Origin: an uncultured Spirochaetia bacterium | Lineage (GTDB): Bacteria; Spirochaetota; Spirochaetia; CAZBHR01 | Length of the DNA: 64,000 nucleotides | NCBI GenBank assembly: GCA_964492025.1 | Contig: CAZBHR010000004.1 | Location: 32,713 to 96,712, forward strand | Direction: 5' to 3' | In this document: in pieces, positions 18,413 through 28,676 of the stretch | How positions within the stretch are numbered: the stretch's first letter is position 1 | How the letters are laid out: each line of letters opens with the position of its first letter | Position numbers and translations under genes: made by a program | Notes under the pieces: generated by a model | What the model saw: only the letters and a program-made list of their open reading frames with translations | Database searches by the model: none | Told to the model about the DNA's origin: nothing

Positions 18413-19666
18413 CTAAAACAACCGCTTAAACCAATCTTTCCAATTTTTCCGCTCTTTATCTGCTACCACCTGAGCTTTTACAGGATCATCCCTACGGGGA
18501 CGATCTTTTTGACTCTCTTTATACACCCTTGCTTCATGAAGCACCGTACCAATAGCGGTGGCAAACTCGGGTGAGAGGAAATTCGGCTTTAACCCAGGAA
18601 CCATTGAGGGAACCCCCAATTTTACGGGATACTCAAAGATCTCAGATGCAAGCTGTAGAGCTCCTGAAAGCAGGGCTCCTCCTCCTGTAAGAACAATACC
18701 GTGGTTAAACAGTTTATACACATCGTTCTTAAGAAAATCCTGCTGAAGGATAGCAAAAATCTCTTCCATACGAGGTTCAATAATTTTACACACCTCTCGT
18801 TTAGGAATAGATGCAGCGGGCCATCCACTCACCTGCGGAATAATCACAGATCGGTTATCACGAATCATCCCTTCATGACAGCAACCATCCTGTATTTTAA
18901 GGTTCTCCGCAAGCTCTCTTGGTTTGTTTAACATATATGCTAAATCAGCAGTCACCATCTCACCTCCAAGGTCAAAACCTCGAACGTACCGTGGTATATC
19001 ATCAATGATACCGATAACATTTATGGTGCCTGCTCCAATATCAATAAGTAATGTTCCTACCTCTCTATCCTGATCGGTAAGTACAGATTCTGCAGCAGCC
19101 AGCTGCTTCAAAAGCACCTTATCCGCATCAAAGCCACCTCGTGTTACTACTTTTACGGTTTTTCGTGCAGTAGTGGTAGAAGCAGTAATGACCATAACAC
19201 GGGATTCAAGCCGGTGACCTAACATATCAAGAGGATCCATAATTCCTCTACGACCGTCAACAATAAAATCAAGAGGAATAGCATGAAGTATCTCACGGTC
19301 TGAGGGAAGCTCCATAGCCTTGGCACTCTCTATAGCTTGACGAATATCCTCTCGGGTAATTTCACCATCTAAACCGGTAACTGCTCCCAATCCAGGAGAT
19401 ATCATATGATCAATATGGCTTCCACCCACAGAAGTTACCACATGCTTAGCTTCACACCCTCCAATAATCTCTGCTGCCTCAATTGCGGCAACCACAGACT
19501 TCATTGCAGATTCAATATTGACAACTACTCCGTTTCGTACTCCCTCGGTGGGCTTTGTACTCATACCCAGAATTTGGGTATCTCCCTGAGGAGAGATCTC
19601 CGCAATAACAGCGGTAGTTCTGGTTGTACCAATATCTAAACCTGTTATAATTCTATTCTCACTCAT
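18413..19666 (-). CDS. ftsA: Cell division protein FtsA
   Basis: Actin-fold motifs IITGLDIGTTRTTAVIA and LIDIGAGTINV are present. It lies immediately upstream of ftsZ. The start was set at MSENRI. Confidence 0.95.
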   Translation of the reverse strand: MSENRIITGLDIGTTRTTAVIAEISPQGDTQILGMSTKPTEGVRNGVVVNIESAMKSVVAAIEAAEIIGGCEAKHVVTSVGGSHIDHMISPGLGAVTGLDGEITREDIRQAIESAKAMELPSDREILHAIPLDFIVDGRRGIMDPLDMLGHRLESRVMVITASTTTARKTVKVVTRGGFDADKVLLKQLAAAESVLTDQDREVGTLLIDIGAGTINVIGIIDDIPRYVRGFDLGGEMVTADLAYMLNKPRELAENLKIQDGCCHEGMIRDNRSVIIPQVSGWPAASIPKREVCKIIEPRMEEIFAILQQDFLKNDVYKLFNHGIVLTGGGALLSGALQLASEIFEYPVKLGVPSMVPGLKPNFLSPEFATAIGTVLHEARVYKESQKDRPRRDDPVKAQVVADKERKNWKDWFKRLF

Positions 19667-20570
19667 CTTGAGCAATCTCCTTCTTCCTGTACATAACACC
19701 TTTCTCGGTTATACCAAAGGTTGTATAATCTTCTAGGGTTCCCTGAGCTTGAAGGGCAACCATAAGCTCCCACCCTTTTCTTAGAGCCTCTCCTGAAACT
19801 CCCTCACTTATTACCACTTCCGCAGGATACCTTATGGGATACAAAATAGCCCGATAATCTCCATTAGAAGTGACTCCATCAAAAAGAACCTCTGACACTT
19901 CAGATTGCAACTCAGGAAACTCTTGATAAAGCCTCTCCAAATCTATAAGCAATCGTCGAATCTCATAGTCCGATCCTTTCCATGAGTTTAACCCAAAAAA
20001 GAGGGGGTACTCCTCAATTCTATCCTGAGGGACAAATTCTGGGAATAGGTTTCCACTTTTATCAATAAACACATACTTTTCACCCTGTACAACCATGGCA
20101 ACAGGATCAGCGAAAAGAAGGGATACTATAATATCTCCACCTATCACCTGTTTTGCATCAACCTGAACTACTCCAGGAACAGACTGCATACCTGATATAA
20201 TATATGGAATATCATCAAAAGTATAGACCCCTACAGGGTCTAATCCTGTCATAGTAAAGAGCTCATTATCTGTATAACGCTGCTCACCTTCTACAATAAG
20301 TATAATCTGTCCTTTTTGCACAACAGAAACCCATAAAAGAACTCCAATAACAAGTAAACTGAGAACAATAGCAGCAATACTAACTCGCCTGCTAAGTCCT
20401 TTTTTTTGTCCACTCTCAACATCAACCTCAAGCTCTACCTCTGGGATTTCCTCCTCCTGTGTAGGAACAACAAGACGAACACGCTTAGGTGCGTGCTCAT
20501 AGTTTGGAGGAAAGAATTTTTTATTATCATCCTCCATAAGGGTCTCCTTCATCACTCCGTCTGGTACCAC
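19659..20570 (-). CDS. ftsQ: Cell division protein FtsQ/DivIB-like
   Basis: A bitopic protein with a single TM helix (IAAIVLSLLVIGVLLWVSV) followed by a POTRA-like domain. Its position between ftsW and ftsA supports the call. Confidence 0.6.
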   Translation of the reverse strand: MVPDGVMKETLMEDDNKKFFPPNYEHAPKRVRLVVPTQEEEIPEVELEVDVESGQKKGLSRRVSIAAIVLSLLVIGVLLWVSVVQKGQIILIVEGEQRYTDNELFTMTGLDPVGVYTFDDIPYIISGMQSVPGVVQVDAKQVIGGDIIVSLLFADPVAMVVQGEKYVFIDKSGNLFPEFVPQDRIEEYPLFFGLNSWKGSDYEIRRLLIDLERLYQEFPELQSEVSEVLFDGVTSNGDYRAILYPIRYPAEVVISEGVSGEALRKGWELMVALQAQGTLEDYTTFGITEKGVMYRKKEIAQDE

Positions 20571-21870
20571 CGGTTGATCGTAAATCCTGATCAGAGCCTC
20601 CAGATCTCCCCTCTTCTGCCATTCGGCGAAGGCGTTCCCTTCTTATAGCAAGACGTTGCTCTTGAAGCTCTTTAATATTATCTGAGGAGATCATACCATC
20701 CACAGGCTTTGGCCCTTGAAATACACCTCCCCCCTGGGACTCTCTAAATCCAACATTACAAAGCAACCCTATGCTTACAACAGTAATAAGTATGCAAGAT
20801 CCTCCCTGAGAGAAAAAAGGAAGAGGAAGCCCCGTTGCAGGAAGAAGCCCAGAAACAACACCTAAGTGTGCTAATACCTGAATAACAATAGAGGATGTAA
20901 TTCCAAAGGCGAGATAAAACCCAAAGGGGTCTCCCTGCTTAAATCGGTACCGAGCAATGGAGTACCCATAATACCCAAAAAGACCAAAGGCAAATAAAAT
21001 GGAAAAAACTCCCAAGAGTCCGTACTCTTCTGAGATAATAGAAAAAATAAAATCCGAGCTCATTTCAGGAAGGGCTCCTAGCTTTCGAGTGCTCTGACCT
21101 ACTCCTCGTCCGATAAGCCCACCAGCCGCAATTGCCTCCTTAGAAATACGCACCTGATATCCATAGGTATCTCCATAGGCATCTGGATTGAGATACGCCA
21201 TAATCCTGGCCATTCTATGTGGTGCTATGAGTATAGCTACAACCCCAGCCAGTACTGCTAAGCCTATAAAGGCAAGAAGATATTTACCTGGCATCTCCGA
21301 GACAAAAAGCATTGCCAGTCCTAGAGAAAAAAGCATTGCCGCTGAAGAGAGGTCATTTTGCATAAGAATAATGGCAGCAAAAAGAGCAATAGCCCCCAGT
21401 GGAACAATAGCAGTAGAGGGGGTAAAGTGCCGCCTCTTCCGTTTAGCCAAAAAGTTAGCTAAATAGAGACTCATCGAAATCTTGAGAACCTCCGATGGCT
21501 GAAAAGAGTATCCCCCTAAGCTAATCCAGCGCCGTGCTCCAAGGATTTCAATCCCCAATGGACTAAAAGTAAGTGCCATAAGCCCTAAAGAGACAATCAT
21601 AATCAAAGGAATAATAGCACGAATATATGAGAGTGGTATAATATAGGCAAGTACAGCACCAAAGAGACCTACCATAATAAACATGCTCTGCCGAATAAGG
21701 AAATAGTAGGAAGAACCGTAATAGGTAGAACTAAAATGGTAAGAGGCTGAATACATTGAGATGACCCCCAGCCCAAGGAGAAAGAGGGTCACTAAAAAAA
21801 ATGAGTGTTTCCCTCTTGCAGAAAGCGAAGTACTAGGAATTACTCGGTTTAAACGGTTCCCGATCCCCAT
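20527..21870 (-). CDS. ftsW: SEDS-family peptidoglycan glycosyltransferase FtsW
   Basis: A ten-TM SEDS protein with conserved motifs (GARRWISLGGYSFQPSE, LPEMSSDFIFS). The C-terminus is a charged R/E/G-rich tail. It sits inside the dcw cluster. Confidence 0.85.
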   Translation of the reverse strand: MGIGNRLNRVIPSTSLSARGKHSFFLVTLFLLGLGVISMYSASYHFSSTYYGSSYYFLIRQSMFIMVGLFGAVLAYIIPLSYIRAIIPLIMIVSLGLMALTFSPLGIEILGARRWISLGGYSFQPSEVLKISMSLYLANFLAKRKRRHFTPSTAIVPLGAIALFAAIILMQNDLSSAAMLFSLGLAMLFVSEMPGKYLLAFIGLAVLAGVVAILIAPHRMARIMAYLNPDAYGDTYGYQVRISKEAIAAGGLIGRGVGQSTRKLGALPEMSSDFIFSIISEEYGLLGVFSILFAFGLFGYYGYSIARYRFKQGDPFGFYLAFGITSSIVIQVLAHLGVVSGLLPATGLPLPFFSQGGSCILITVVSIGLLCNVGFRESQGGGVFQGPKPVDGMISSDNIKELQEQRLAIRRERLRRMAEEGRSGGSDQDLRSTGGTRRSDEGDPYGG

Positions 21871-22904
21871 GTTACAATTCCAATAGAGATAATCCCCATA
21901 ACAACCCAGCCGACAAGCCAGAATCGCTGAACAACCTTTGTTTCAGCCCACCCTTTCTTCTCATAGTGATGATGAATAGGCGCCATAAGGAAAATTCGCC
22001 GTTTTGTTCTTTTGTAGTACCCTACCTGAAGCATCACAGAGAGTGCTTCAAAAGCAAATACTCCACTTACAAGAAAAATAAGAATCTCCTGCTTGGTCAT
22101 CATTCCCATCATAGCTAATAATGCACCCAAGGTTAGACTTCCCGTATCACCCATAAAAACACGAGCGGGATTTCGATTGTACCAGAGAAATCCGAGAAGG
22201 CCACCTAACATAATAGCCGATACAACAACCACCTGTTCTCCTCCAGATACTGTAGAAAAGAGACCAAGCAAGAGTGCCACAAGAGCCACAGGGATTGCTA
22301 ACCCCGTTGCAAGCCCATCCAACCCATCGGTCAAGTTTACGGCATTACTTAAAAATACCATAGCCAAAACCATAATGGGAAAATAACCAATACCAAGATC
22401 AAAAAGCACCCTTTGCGTAAAGGGAATATAGATTGCCGTATCGAAGGCAGCACCTTTTGATCCAAACATAAGCAAACCAACAACAACTATAGAAGCAATA
22501 GTTTGCAGTACAAGTTTACCCTTTACCGAAACCCCATGATTGCCCCTCTTAAGAAGTTTCTGCAAATCATCAAAACAGCCAATCACCCCAAAAAGTAGAA
22601 TACACAAGAGTACTCCCCAGGTGGCTACACTTCTCAGATCAGCCCAAATAAAAAGCGATACCACCATACCTAGAAGTAAAAACACTCCACCCATGGTGGG
22701 AGTACCCGCCTTGGCATGGTGTGTTTCTGGTCCATCATGTCGTATAATCTCACCTACCGAATAGGATTGAAGTATTTTAATAAAAGGTCTCCCAAGGAAC
22801 AGAACTAAAAGAAGAGCTGTAATAATAGGTCCAAATACCTGAGCAGAGAAAACATTCTGAAAAAATACCGCAGCTAAGATCGTTGACATGAGCACAATCC
22901 CCAC
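21849..22904 (-). CDS. mraY: Phospho-N-acetylmuramoyl-pentapeptide transferase MraY
   Basis: NLTDGLDGLATG and APIHHHYEKKGW are MraY signatures. Confidence 0.95.
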   Translation of the reverse strand: MGIVLMSTILAAVFFQNVFSAQVFGPIITALLLVLFLGRPFIKILQSYSVGEIIRHDGPETHHAKAGTPTMGGVFLLLGMVVSLFIWADLRSVATWGVLLCILLFGVIGCFDDLQKLLKRGNHGVSVKGKLVLQTIASIVVVGLLMFGSKGAAFDTAIYIPFTQRVLFDLGIGYFPIMVLAMVFLSNAVNLTDGLDGLATGLAIPVALVALLLGLFSTVSGGEQVVVVSAIMLGGLLGFLWYNRNPARVFMGDTGSLTLGALLAMMGMMTKQEILIFLVSGVFAFEALSVMLQVGYYKRTKRRIFLMAPIHHHYEKKGWAETKVVQRFWLVGWVVMGIISIGIVTWGSGTV

Positions 22905-24290
22905 TTAAGATATCTGACAAAGAGGACCCATAAGTCGCTCTAGGTGCATTGACCGAGACCCTTTTAACAACACAAGATCTCCCAGTTTTCTATCTGATAA
23001 AACTTTATTTTCCAACTCTTCATACTCTGTAGTAAAGTAGAGATTCTTCCTATAACCACCCTTTTTAAGTGCATTATAAGCGTCTTCCATCTCATAACCA
23101 AAAAGGTAAGCACTCTCAGGATTAAGGTGAAGAATTTTCTTTCCTAACTCCTGGTGAGCGTGGTGACTCGCCTGTCCAAGTTCCTTCATAGAACCCATAA
23201 CCAAGTTTCGTCTTCCACCCCATCGAAGGGTCTCAATATAGTCTAAGATTTTACCAGAGGACTCTAAGTTTGCATTGTAGGTGTCCTCAATAATAGTTTC
23301 ACCTAATGCACTCTTTACAACTCGGCTTCGTCCAGCAATAGGCTGAACTTTTCCTACACCCTCTGCTACCTGAGATGGAGTAGCTCCAAACTCCCTAGCT
23401 ACAGCGATTGCCCCAAGAGTATTTCTTAGGTTATGCTCACCTATAAGGTTAAGATGCATAATCTGTCCCTCGTAGTTGATATTCCATCCATCTAATCCTA
23501 GATTTTCTGCTCCACGGAATCCTGTGGAAGTTTGGAGACCGTAGGAGATAAAATCTTTACCAAGTTCCTTTGCAAGGAAATCATTCCAAGGGTTTGTCTC
23601 GCCCACAAAAGAGCCTCGTACACCATCATGAAAGATACTACCCTTCTCTCGGGCAAGCTCTTCGGGAGATGAGAAATTCTCTAAGTGAGCCATTCCAATT
23701 GTTGTAAGGAGTGCATAGTCAGGACTAAAGGTATCAACATGCTCTCCCATTTCACCTACATGGTCAATTCCCATCTCAAACACACCAAATTTGTGCTCTT
23801 TTCGTACATGAAAAAGAGAGAGAGGGAGCCCAATATTAGAGTTATAATTTCCGGGGTTACATACAGAGGGTCCTACAGCACCAAGAATGGTGGTAAGTAT
23901 CTCTTTTGTGGTAGTTTTTCCACAGCTTCCAGTAACACCTACTCTCACAAGGTTAGAAAAAGAATCAACCCAAGCTTTTGCCAACTGTTGAAGAGCTACA
24001 AGTGGGTTTTGTACTGCAATAAGTTGCATAGAACCCTGCATCAGATTCTGGGTTGGTCGGTAGGAGGTAGAAACAAGAGCCATTGAAGCACCTTGCTTTG
24101 CAGCTACCTCTAGGTAGTCATGTCCATCTGCTTGGGTACCTTTAAGAGCAACAAACAGAGAGTTCTTTATTAATTTACGAGTATCTACCTCAACATGAGA
24201 AACAATAGCATTCCCTCGAAATCCCGCAATGAGACTTCCCCTTGTAATCCTCAAAACTTCTGCTGTATTAAATAATTTTACTGCTTCCAT
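22905..24290 (-). CDS. murF: UDP-N-acetylmuramoyl-tripeptide--D-alanyl-D-alanine ligase MurF
   Basis: The Mur ligase P-loop GVTGSCGKTTTKEIL and the overall architecture are present. Its position between ftsL and mraY favours MurF over MurE. Confidence 0.85.
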   Translation of the reverse strand: MEAVKLFNTAEVLRITRGSLIAGFRGNAIVSHVEVDTRKLIKNSLFVALKGTQADGHDYLEVAAKQGASMALVSTSYRPTQNLMQGSMQLIAVQNPLVALQQLAKAWVDSFSNLVRVGVTGSCGKTTTKEILTTILGAVGPSVCNPGNYNSNIGLPLSLFHVRKEHKFGVFEMGIDHVGEMGEHVDTFSPDYALLTTIGMAHLENFSSPEELAREKGSIFHDGVRGSFVGETNPWNDFLAKELGKDFISYGLQTSTGFRGAENLGLDGWNINYEGQIMHLNLIGEHNLRNTLGAIAVAREFGATPSQVAEGVGKVQPIAGRSRVVKSALGETIIEDTYNANLESSGKILDYIETLRWGGRRNLVMGSMKELGQASHHAHQELGKKILHLNPESAYLFGYEMEDAYNALKKGGYRKNLYFTTEYEELENKVLSDRKLGDLVLLKGSRSMHLERLMGPLCQIS

Positions 24291-24302
24291 ACCACTTCTC
24301 CA

Positions 24303-24515
24303 CTAATTCCCAAAACGCTCTTTCCAACCAGTTGCAGGTCCTAACTGTTCAATTTCTGCAACAAGCTTTCTATTCTCTTCATAGAGGCTTTTCTCTTCCC
24401 CAGATAACTGGGTAATAAGATCCCTTTTTTCTTGATACACCGATGCCTGAATTACTGCGGCAAACAGTGTTATGCAGAAGGCTCCCACTAAAAGAAATTC
24501 ATAAAATCCTTTCAT
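24303..24515 (-). CDS. ftsL: Cell division protein FtsL-like
   Basis: A 70-aa protein with a single TM helix (FLLVGAFCITLFAAVI) followed by a coiled coil. It sits between rsmH and murF. Confidence 0.65.
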   Translation of the reverse strand: MKGFYEFLLVGAFCITLFAAVIQASVYQEKRDLITQLSGEEKSLYEENRKLVAEIEQLGPATGWKERFGN

Positions 24516-25435
24516 GCACCCTCTCCTTCTATCACCTTACGAGCTACTCGCAACTTTGCACTTCTCGAAGCGGAATTCTCCGCAACTTCATCACTCTTTG
24601 GTAAAAATGGCTTTCTGCTAATAATCTCAAAGCCTGATCGACGCTCACTGTTACGAGTAACCCGTCGATCTACCATAAAATGTTTTACCAACCTATCCTC
24701 TAGGGAGTGAAAGGATATAACTCCTAAAATACCACCCACCTTAAGCATCTCATACGCGCCCTCAAGGGCTGATTGGATACGCCCTAACTCACTATTTACC
24801 GCAATCCGCAAAGCCTGAAAGCTTCTGGTTGCAGGGTGAATTCGACCATACTTATAGGAAGAAGGAACGGCCTTTGCTATAAGTTCTGCCAGTTGAAGAG
24901 AGGAGAAAATAGGATACTCCTCTCGTGAAGCAACAATGGCAGCAGCAATGCGCCGTGAAAACCGTTCCTCTCCACAAACATGAAAGATTTCAGCCAACCC
25001 TTCTTGATCCCATGTATTTACAATGGTAGCAGCGGATAGCTCTAAATCTCCCTGATCATACAGTCTCATATCAAGTGGCTCATCCTTACGAAAACTGAAT
25101 CCCCTTTGGGATAGTTCGTAATGATAGGTAGAGATCCCCAAATCAAAAAGAATACAGTCCGCAGTTCCACTCCGTGTACCATCAAAAAAGTGATCGTACC
25201 AGGTGTTAACAAACTCCATTCTATCTGAATACTGCTCTAACCTACTTTTTGCTCGTGCCATTATGGTTGAGTCTGCATCAATTCCAATACCACGGATCTC
25301 TGGATACTTCTCCAAAAAACCCTTACTGTGCCCTCCCTCTCCGAGGGTACAATCAACAAATAAACCTTGAGAAGACTGAGGGACAAGGTAGGTCAAAACT
25401 TCACGTGCCATGACAGAGTAATGTACAGGAGTCAT
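24512..25435 (-). CDS. rsmH: 16S rRNA (cytosine1402-N4)-methyltransferase RsmH (MraW)
   Basis: HYSVMAREVLTYL...DCTLGEGGHSKGFL...FDLGISTYH are RsmH motifs. It is downstream of mraZ. Confidence 0.95.
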   Translation of the reverse strand: MTPVHYSVMAREVLTYLVPQSSQGLFVDCTLGEGGHSKGFLEKYPEIRGIGIDADSTIMARAKSRLEQYSDRMEFVNTWYDHFFDGTRSGTADCILFDLGISTYHYELSQRGFSFRKDEPLDMRLYDQGDLELSAATIVNTWDQEGLAEIFHVCGEERFSRRIAAAIVASREEYPIFSSLQLAELIAKAVPSSYKYGRIHPATRSFQALRIAVNSELGRIQSALEGAYEMLKVGGILGVISFHSLEDRLVKHFMVDRRVTRNSERRSGFEIISRKPFLPKSDEVAENSASRSAKLRVARKVIEGEGA

Positions 25436-25888
25436 TTAAGACCTCCCCATTAGCATGTCACCGATAGATTCAGCGGCATCTGCAAAGTCAACCTCACTCT
25501 CCTCAAGGTATGCATCATAATTTTCAGCATCCCAGATCTCAATATAGTGAGATAGCCCAAGAACAAGTACTTCCTTCTTAGGAGCAATACCAACAACTTG
25601 ACGAAGAGCTGCTGGAATCTGAATACGACCAGACTTATCAATCTCACACTCTTGCGCAGGAGCAATAATCCTTCGCTGGAATGCTCGGGTTCCTTTATTG
25701 AGCATGGTAGAGTTAGCCATAATATTTTTGGAAAACTTCTCCCACTCTCCTGGGGTAAACACCCAAAGACAATTGTCCATACCGCGAGTAATTACGAGAA
25801 CATTTCCCGCAATTTCAGAACGCATTTTACTGGGGATAAGAACTCGACTTTTGTCGTCTGCTGTGTTGTGAAATTCGCCATTCAACAT
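25436..25888 (-). CDS. mraZ: Transcriptional regulator MraZ
   Basis: Tandem DXXXR-containing MraZ domains are present (ADDKSRVLIPSKMR ... DKSGRIQIPAALR). Confidence 0.95.
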   Translation of the reverse strand: MLNGEFHNTADDKSRVLIPSKMRSEIAGNVLVITRGMDNCLWVFTPGEWEKFSKNIMANSTMLNKGTRAFQRRIIAPAQECEIDKSGRIQIPAALRQVVGIAPKKEVLVLGLSHYIEIWDAENYDAYLEESEVDFADAAESIGDMLMGRS

Positions 25889-25939
25889 ATTATCTTACCC
25901 CCTTTTCCTAAGTTTTCTGCCACTTTTTGACAGTGATGT

Positions 25940-25973
25940 ACCCCATATTCCCACTTTTACCCACTAAAGTCAA
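25940..25973 (-). promoter_or_regulatory. mraZ promoter with an overlapping array of three GTGGG-N5 direct repeats (putative MraZ operator)
   Basis: The minus strand reads TTGACT-17nt-GAATAT. The -35 is 25968-25973 and the -10 is 25945-25950. Inside the spacer and -10 lies GTGGGtaaaaGTGGGaatatGGGGT, three pentamers at exact 10-bp periodicity (25960-25964, 25950-25954, 25940-25944). This is the architecture of MraZ-binding sites described in E. coli. Confidence 0.55.
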
Positions 25974-26191
25974 TAAAAAAAATATACAAGTATGACAAAA
26001 GAATAATACTACTCGTAAAAAGCACTTAACAAATGATATGCATTTTTGTGTTAAAAGACAGAGATCAACATATAAATACTTATGAATAAAGGAATTATAT
26101 ATTTATAGCAAAAAAATAGGCAAAGTGGGAAAAGGTGTCAGATTTCTGGGTATTATGTGGTGGGAAAAAGGGGGAATTAATATAACAAAGG

Positions 26192-27802
26192 TTATATTGA
26201 GGTAAAAAGATCATTCTCAGGATCAAGAAACACCGAAGAGTCTAGTCCAGGAAGAATGTTATGGTCCTTTTCAAGCTGTAAAATCCAGCCAGCATCGGCA
26301 TTCCATTGAGAGAGAGCCGACAAAATTCGATCACAATTTTTTATGTGTTGAATAATTCTTGATGAGGCGTACTCAGAGAAAGCCCCAGACTTAATAAGAA
26401 AAGCCCAATCTGATGACATAGCAAGAAAAAGCTCTTTGATTGCCTGATGAATGGTTCGCTTCTGAAGTCCCTTAGCATGGGGGAACCTATTTACCATCTC
26501 TATTACCGACTCTACTCCTTTGTGAAGGTAGCGGTATATCTCATCATTGGATCCATCAAGCCAAGTCTCCGCATATCCTCGATCTCCCCAGCTTGAAAAT
26601 GTAGGAATACCCTGCTGCACAGGAAGCTTCATACCAAGATACTGCTCTGCTGTTACCATAGAGAGTGTTGGGTGTTCATGGGTAACTCGAATTAGCTGCT
26701 CTAGCCACTCTACTCCCTCATGCCACCAGTGCCCAAAAAGTTCTGCATCTAAGGTTATGGTAAAGCAAGGCGGAATATCTAAAGATTTAGAAAGTTTATC
26801 AACCCGAAACTCCCTATTATGCAGAAAGTTACTCACATGTTCTTTCACTCGTCGAGATGCTAATCTGTGATCATAGGGAACCTTTGCATCTTCATGAATA
26901 GAGGTAACAGCAAAATACTTATACCCCGTAAAAGAGCGGACCCCTGGCTCATGGATAAATCCACGTAAGTAATCAATGTCTCTATAAAACCCAATATCAC
27001 TATGAAAATCTCGATACGCTCCATCTGCGGGGTACCCTTTTTGAGGGTCCCAAATATCCTGACACGCAGAAAAATCTCGACCAAAAAATGCAATTCCCGT
27101 ACTTGGTGAGACCATAGGGGCATACACTCCATAGGGCAAGGAGGACTCAGAAAATAGATGACCATGGGAGGATACATAGGTATAGGCAATTTGTTCTCTT
27201 GCAAGAATATCATCAAGCCCATGATAAAAACCACACTCTGGCAGCCAAAATCCCTTAGACCGTTGTTTCAGGTAGTACTCAAAAGACTGAAGGCCTCCTG
27301 CAACTTGTCCAGCAACTGCCTGAGGGTACCCTTGATACATAGGAAGGTACGCATGGGTTGCTGAGGTGGTGATAAGGGTAACACTACCCGATTCATTAAG
27401 GATCCCAAGCACACCAAGAAGGTTTTTATCCCAGAGGTCATACTGCTCCAAGGTTTTTCTATATCGGTTACAAATTCGGGACGCTTCATTACGGTGAGGA
27501 GAGTCCTCAGGAAGAGACGCTAGCTCCTTCTCCCCTAGTTCAATCATAAGTTGAACATGATTACGATACCGATCACTTAGGAGTTCATCCTTTAGCATAG
27601 CTCCTAAGGTTGGCGATATTGAGAGAGTAATATTACTAGGAATTCCATCGGCCTGTAGCTTTTCAAGCATAGCAACAAGAGGAATATAGGTATCTGTGAG
27701 AGATTCAAAAAACCAGTTCTCCTCAAGATACCGGTCAAACTCGGGGTGTTTTACAAAGGGTAAATGAGCATGTAATACAAAGTGTAAGAACCCTTTACTC
27801 AT
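26192..27802 (-). CDS. Glycoside hydrolase family 57 protein (GH57 branching-enzyme/DUF1957-like)
   Basis: The N-terminal FVLHAHLPFVKHPE matches the GH57 signature (HxHLPY-type). The 536-aa size is typical of GH57 GlgB-like enzymes. Confidence 0.65.
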   Translation of the reverse strand: MSKGFLHFVLHAHLPFVKHPEFDRYLEENWFFESLTDTYIPLVAMLEKLQADGIPSNITLSISPTLGAMLKDELLSDRYRNHVQLMIELGEKELASLPEDSPHRNEASRICNRYRKTLEQYDLWDKNLLGVLGILNESGSVTLITTSATHAYLPMYQGYPQAVAGQVAGGLQSFEYYLKQRSKGFWLPECGFYHGLDDILAREQIAYTYVSSHGHLFSESSLPYGVYAPMVSPSTGIAFFGRDFSACQDIWDPQKGYPADGAYRDFHSDIGFYRDIDYLRGFIHEPGVRSFTGYKYFAVTSIHEDAKVPYDHRLASRRVKEHVSNFLHNREFRVDKLSKSLDIPPCFTITLDAELFGHWWHEGVEWLEQLIRVTHEHPTLSMVTAEQYLGMKLPVQQGIPTFSSWGDRGYAETWLDGSNDEIYRYLHKGVESVIEMVNRFPHAKGLQKRTIHQAIKELFLAMSSDWAFLIKSGAFSEYASSRIIQHIKNCDRILSALSQWNADAGWILQLEKDHNILPGLDSSVFLDPENDLFTSI

Positions 27803-28544
27803 GCCACTTCCCTCCTCGATTTTTTATCTCTTCAAGAAGCTCTTCAACCAAAAGATTATCTCCCAAGAACTCTGAACTATTAATAAACCCACCTAAGGTA
27901 ATATCTAGCTGACGAGGTGTTGTAAGAAGCTGATCAACCCGGTCAATAAGGAATCGACTAATCGATTTTATTACATTAGAGAATCCAATAAGTTCTTCCT
28001 TCCCATCAGGAAATATGACAACAAGCGCTGTTGCATACCAGTACTTTGACTTTGGAATGTTAATATACTGACTACGTCCATCTACATGCACAGAAATATC
28101 AAAGTGATTTAAAATATGCTGCTTTGAAACCTGAGGCTCCTTGAGTTCTAAGAGTCGTAAAACCAACTCACTACAACTATCTACTTTCTCCTGGTCCTTA
28201 TCGGAAAAATCCCAGTACACATAACCCCATGAAGGATCTCGCATAAGCATATGGATAGTACTTTTTTGATATGACATCATATGCAGATCTCCAAGCTCCT
28301 CTTGAAGTGATGTCATGTAGGTTGCCTGCTCTCTAAAGAAATCAAATTTAGCACGAAGCACATGCATATGAGCCTGGGGAGGACGGTTTTCAATATCAAG
28401 TTCATCAAACCACTCCTCAAGTTGATCAATGAGAAAATCATGTTCATTCTCTACGGCTGGAGGAATACGAATATCCGCACGAATAGCCAGATCTCGCAAC
28501 TCCTGAAGAGATAGGTCTGTTAGAACTCTAGAAACCATGAACAA
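27795..28544 (-). CDS. Hypothetical protein, DUF4912-like, co-transcribed with the GH57 gene
   Basis: It overlaps the downstream GH57 gene by 8 nt. The family assignment is from memory of GH57-neighbour proteins and not from a clear motif. Confidence 0.35.
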   Translation of the reverse strand: MFMVSRVLTDLSLQELRDLAIRADIRIPPAVENEHDFLIDQLEEWFDELDIENRPPQAHMHVLRAKFDFFREQATYMTSLQEELGDLHMMSYQKSTIHMLMRDPSWGYVYWDFSDKDQEKVDSCSELVLRLLELKEPQVSKQHILNHFDISVHVDGRSQYINIPKSKYWYATALVVIFPDGKEELIGFSNVIKSISRFLIDRVDQLLTTPRQLDITLGGFINSSEFLGDNLLVEELLEEIKNRGGKWHE

Positions 28545-28676
28545 TCCTCAATCTTTAATTACAACTCCCCCAGAGGGAACTATGATGATAGGCAAATATT
28601 TAATATTCGTCAATATAAGTGTTGCCTATCCAAAGGTTTTTCTATATTTTAAACCTTCGGGAAGGAGAGAGATTGA

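Noticed and set aside
26120-26170. Scattered TGGGA/TGGGT motifs about 240-280 bp upstream of mraZ as the MraZ operator
   Set aside because: Their spacing is irregular (21 and 14 bp) and they are in the wrong orientation. The properly phased GTGGG-N5 array at 25940-25964 is the better candidate. These motifs lie in the GH57 3' region.
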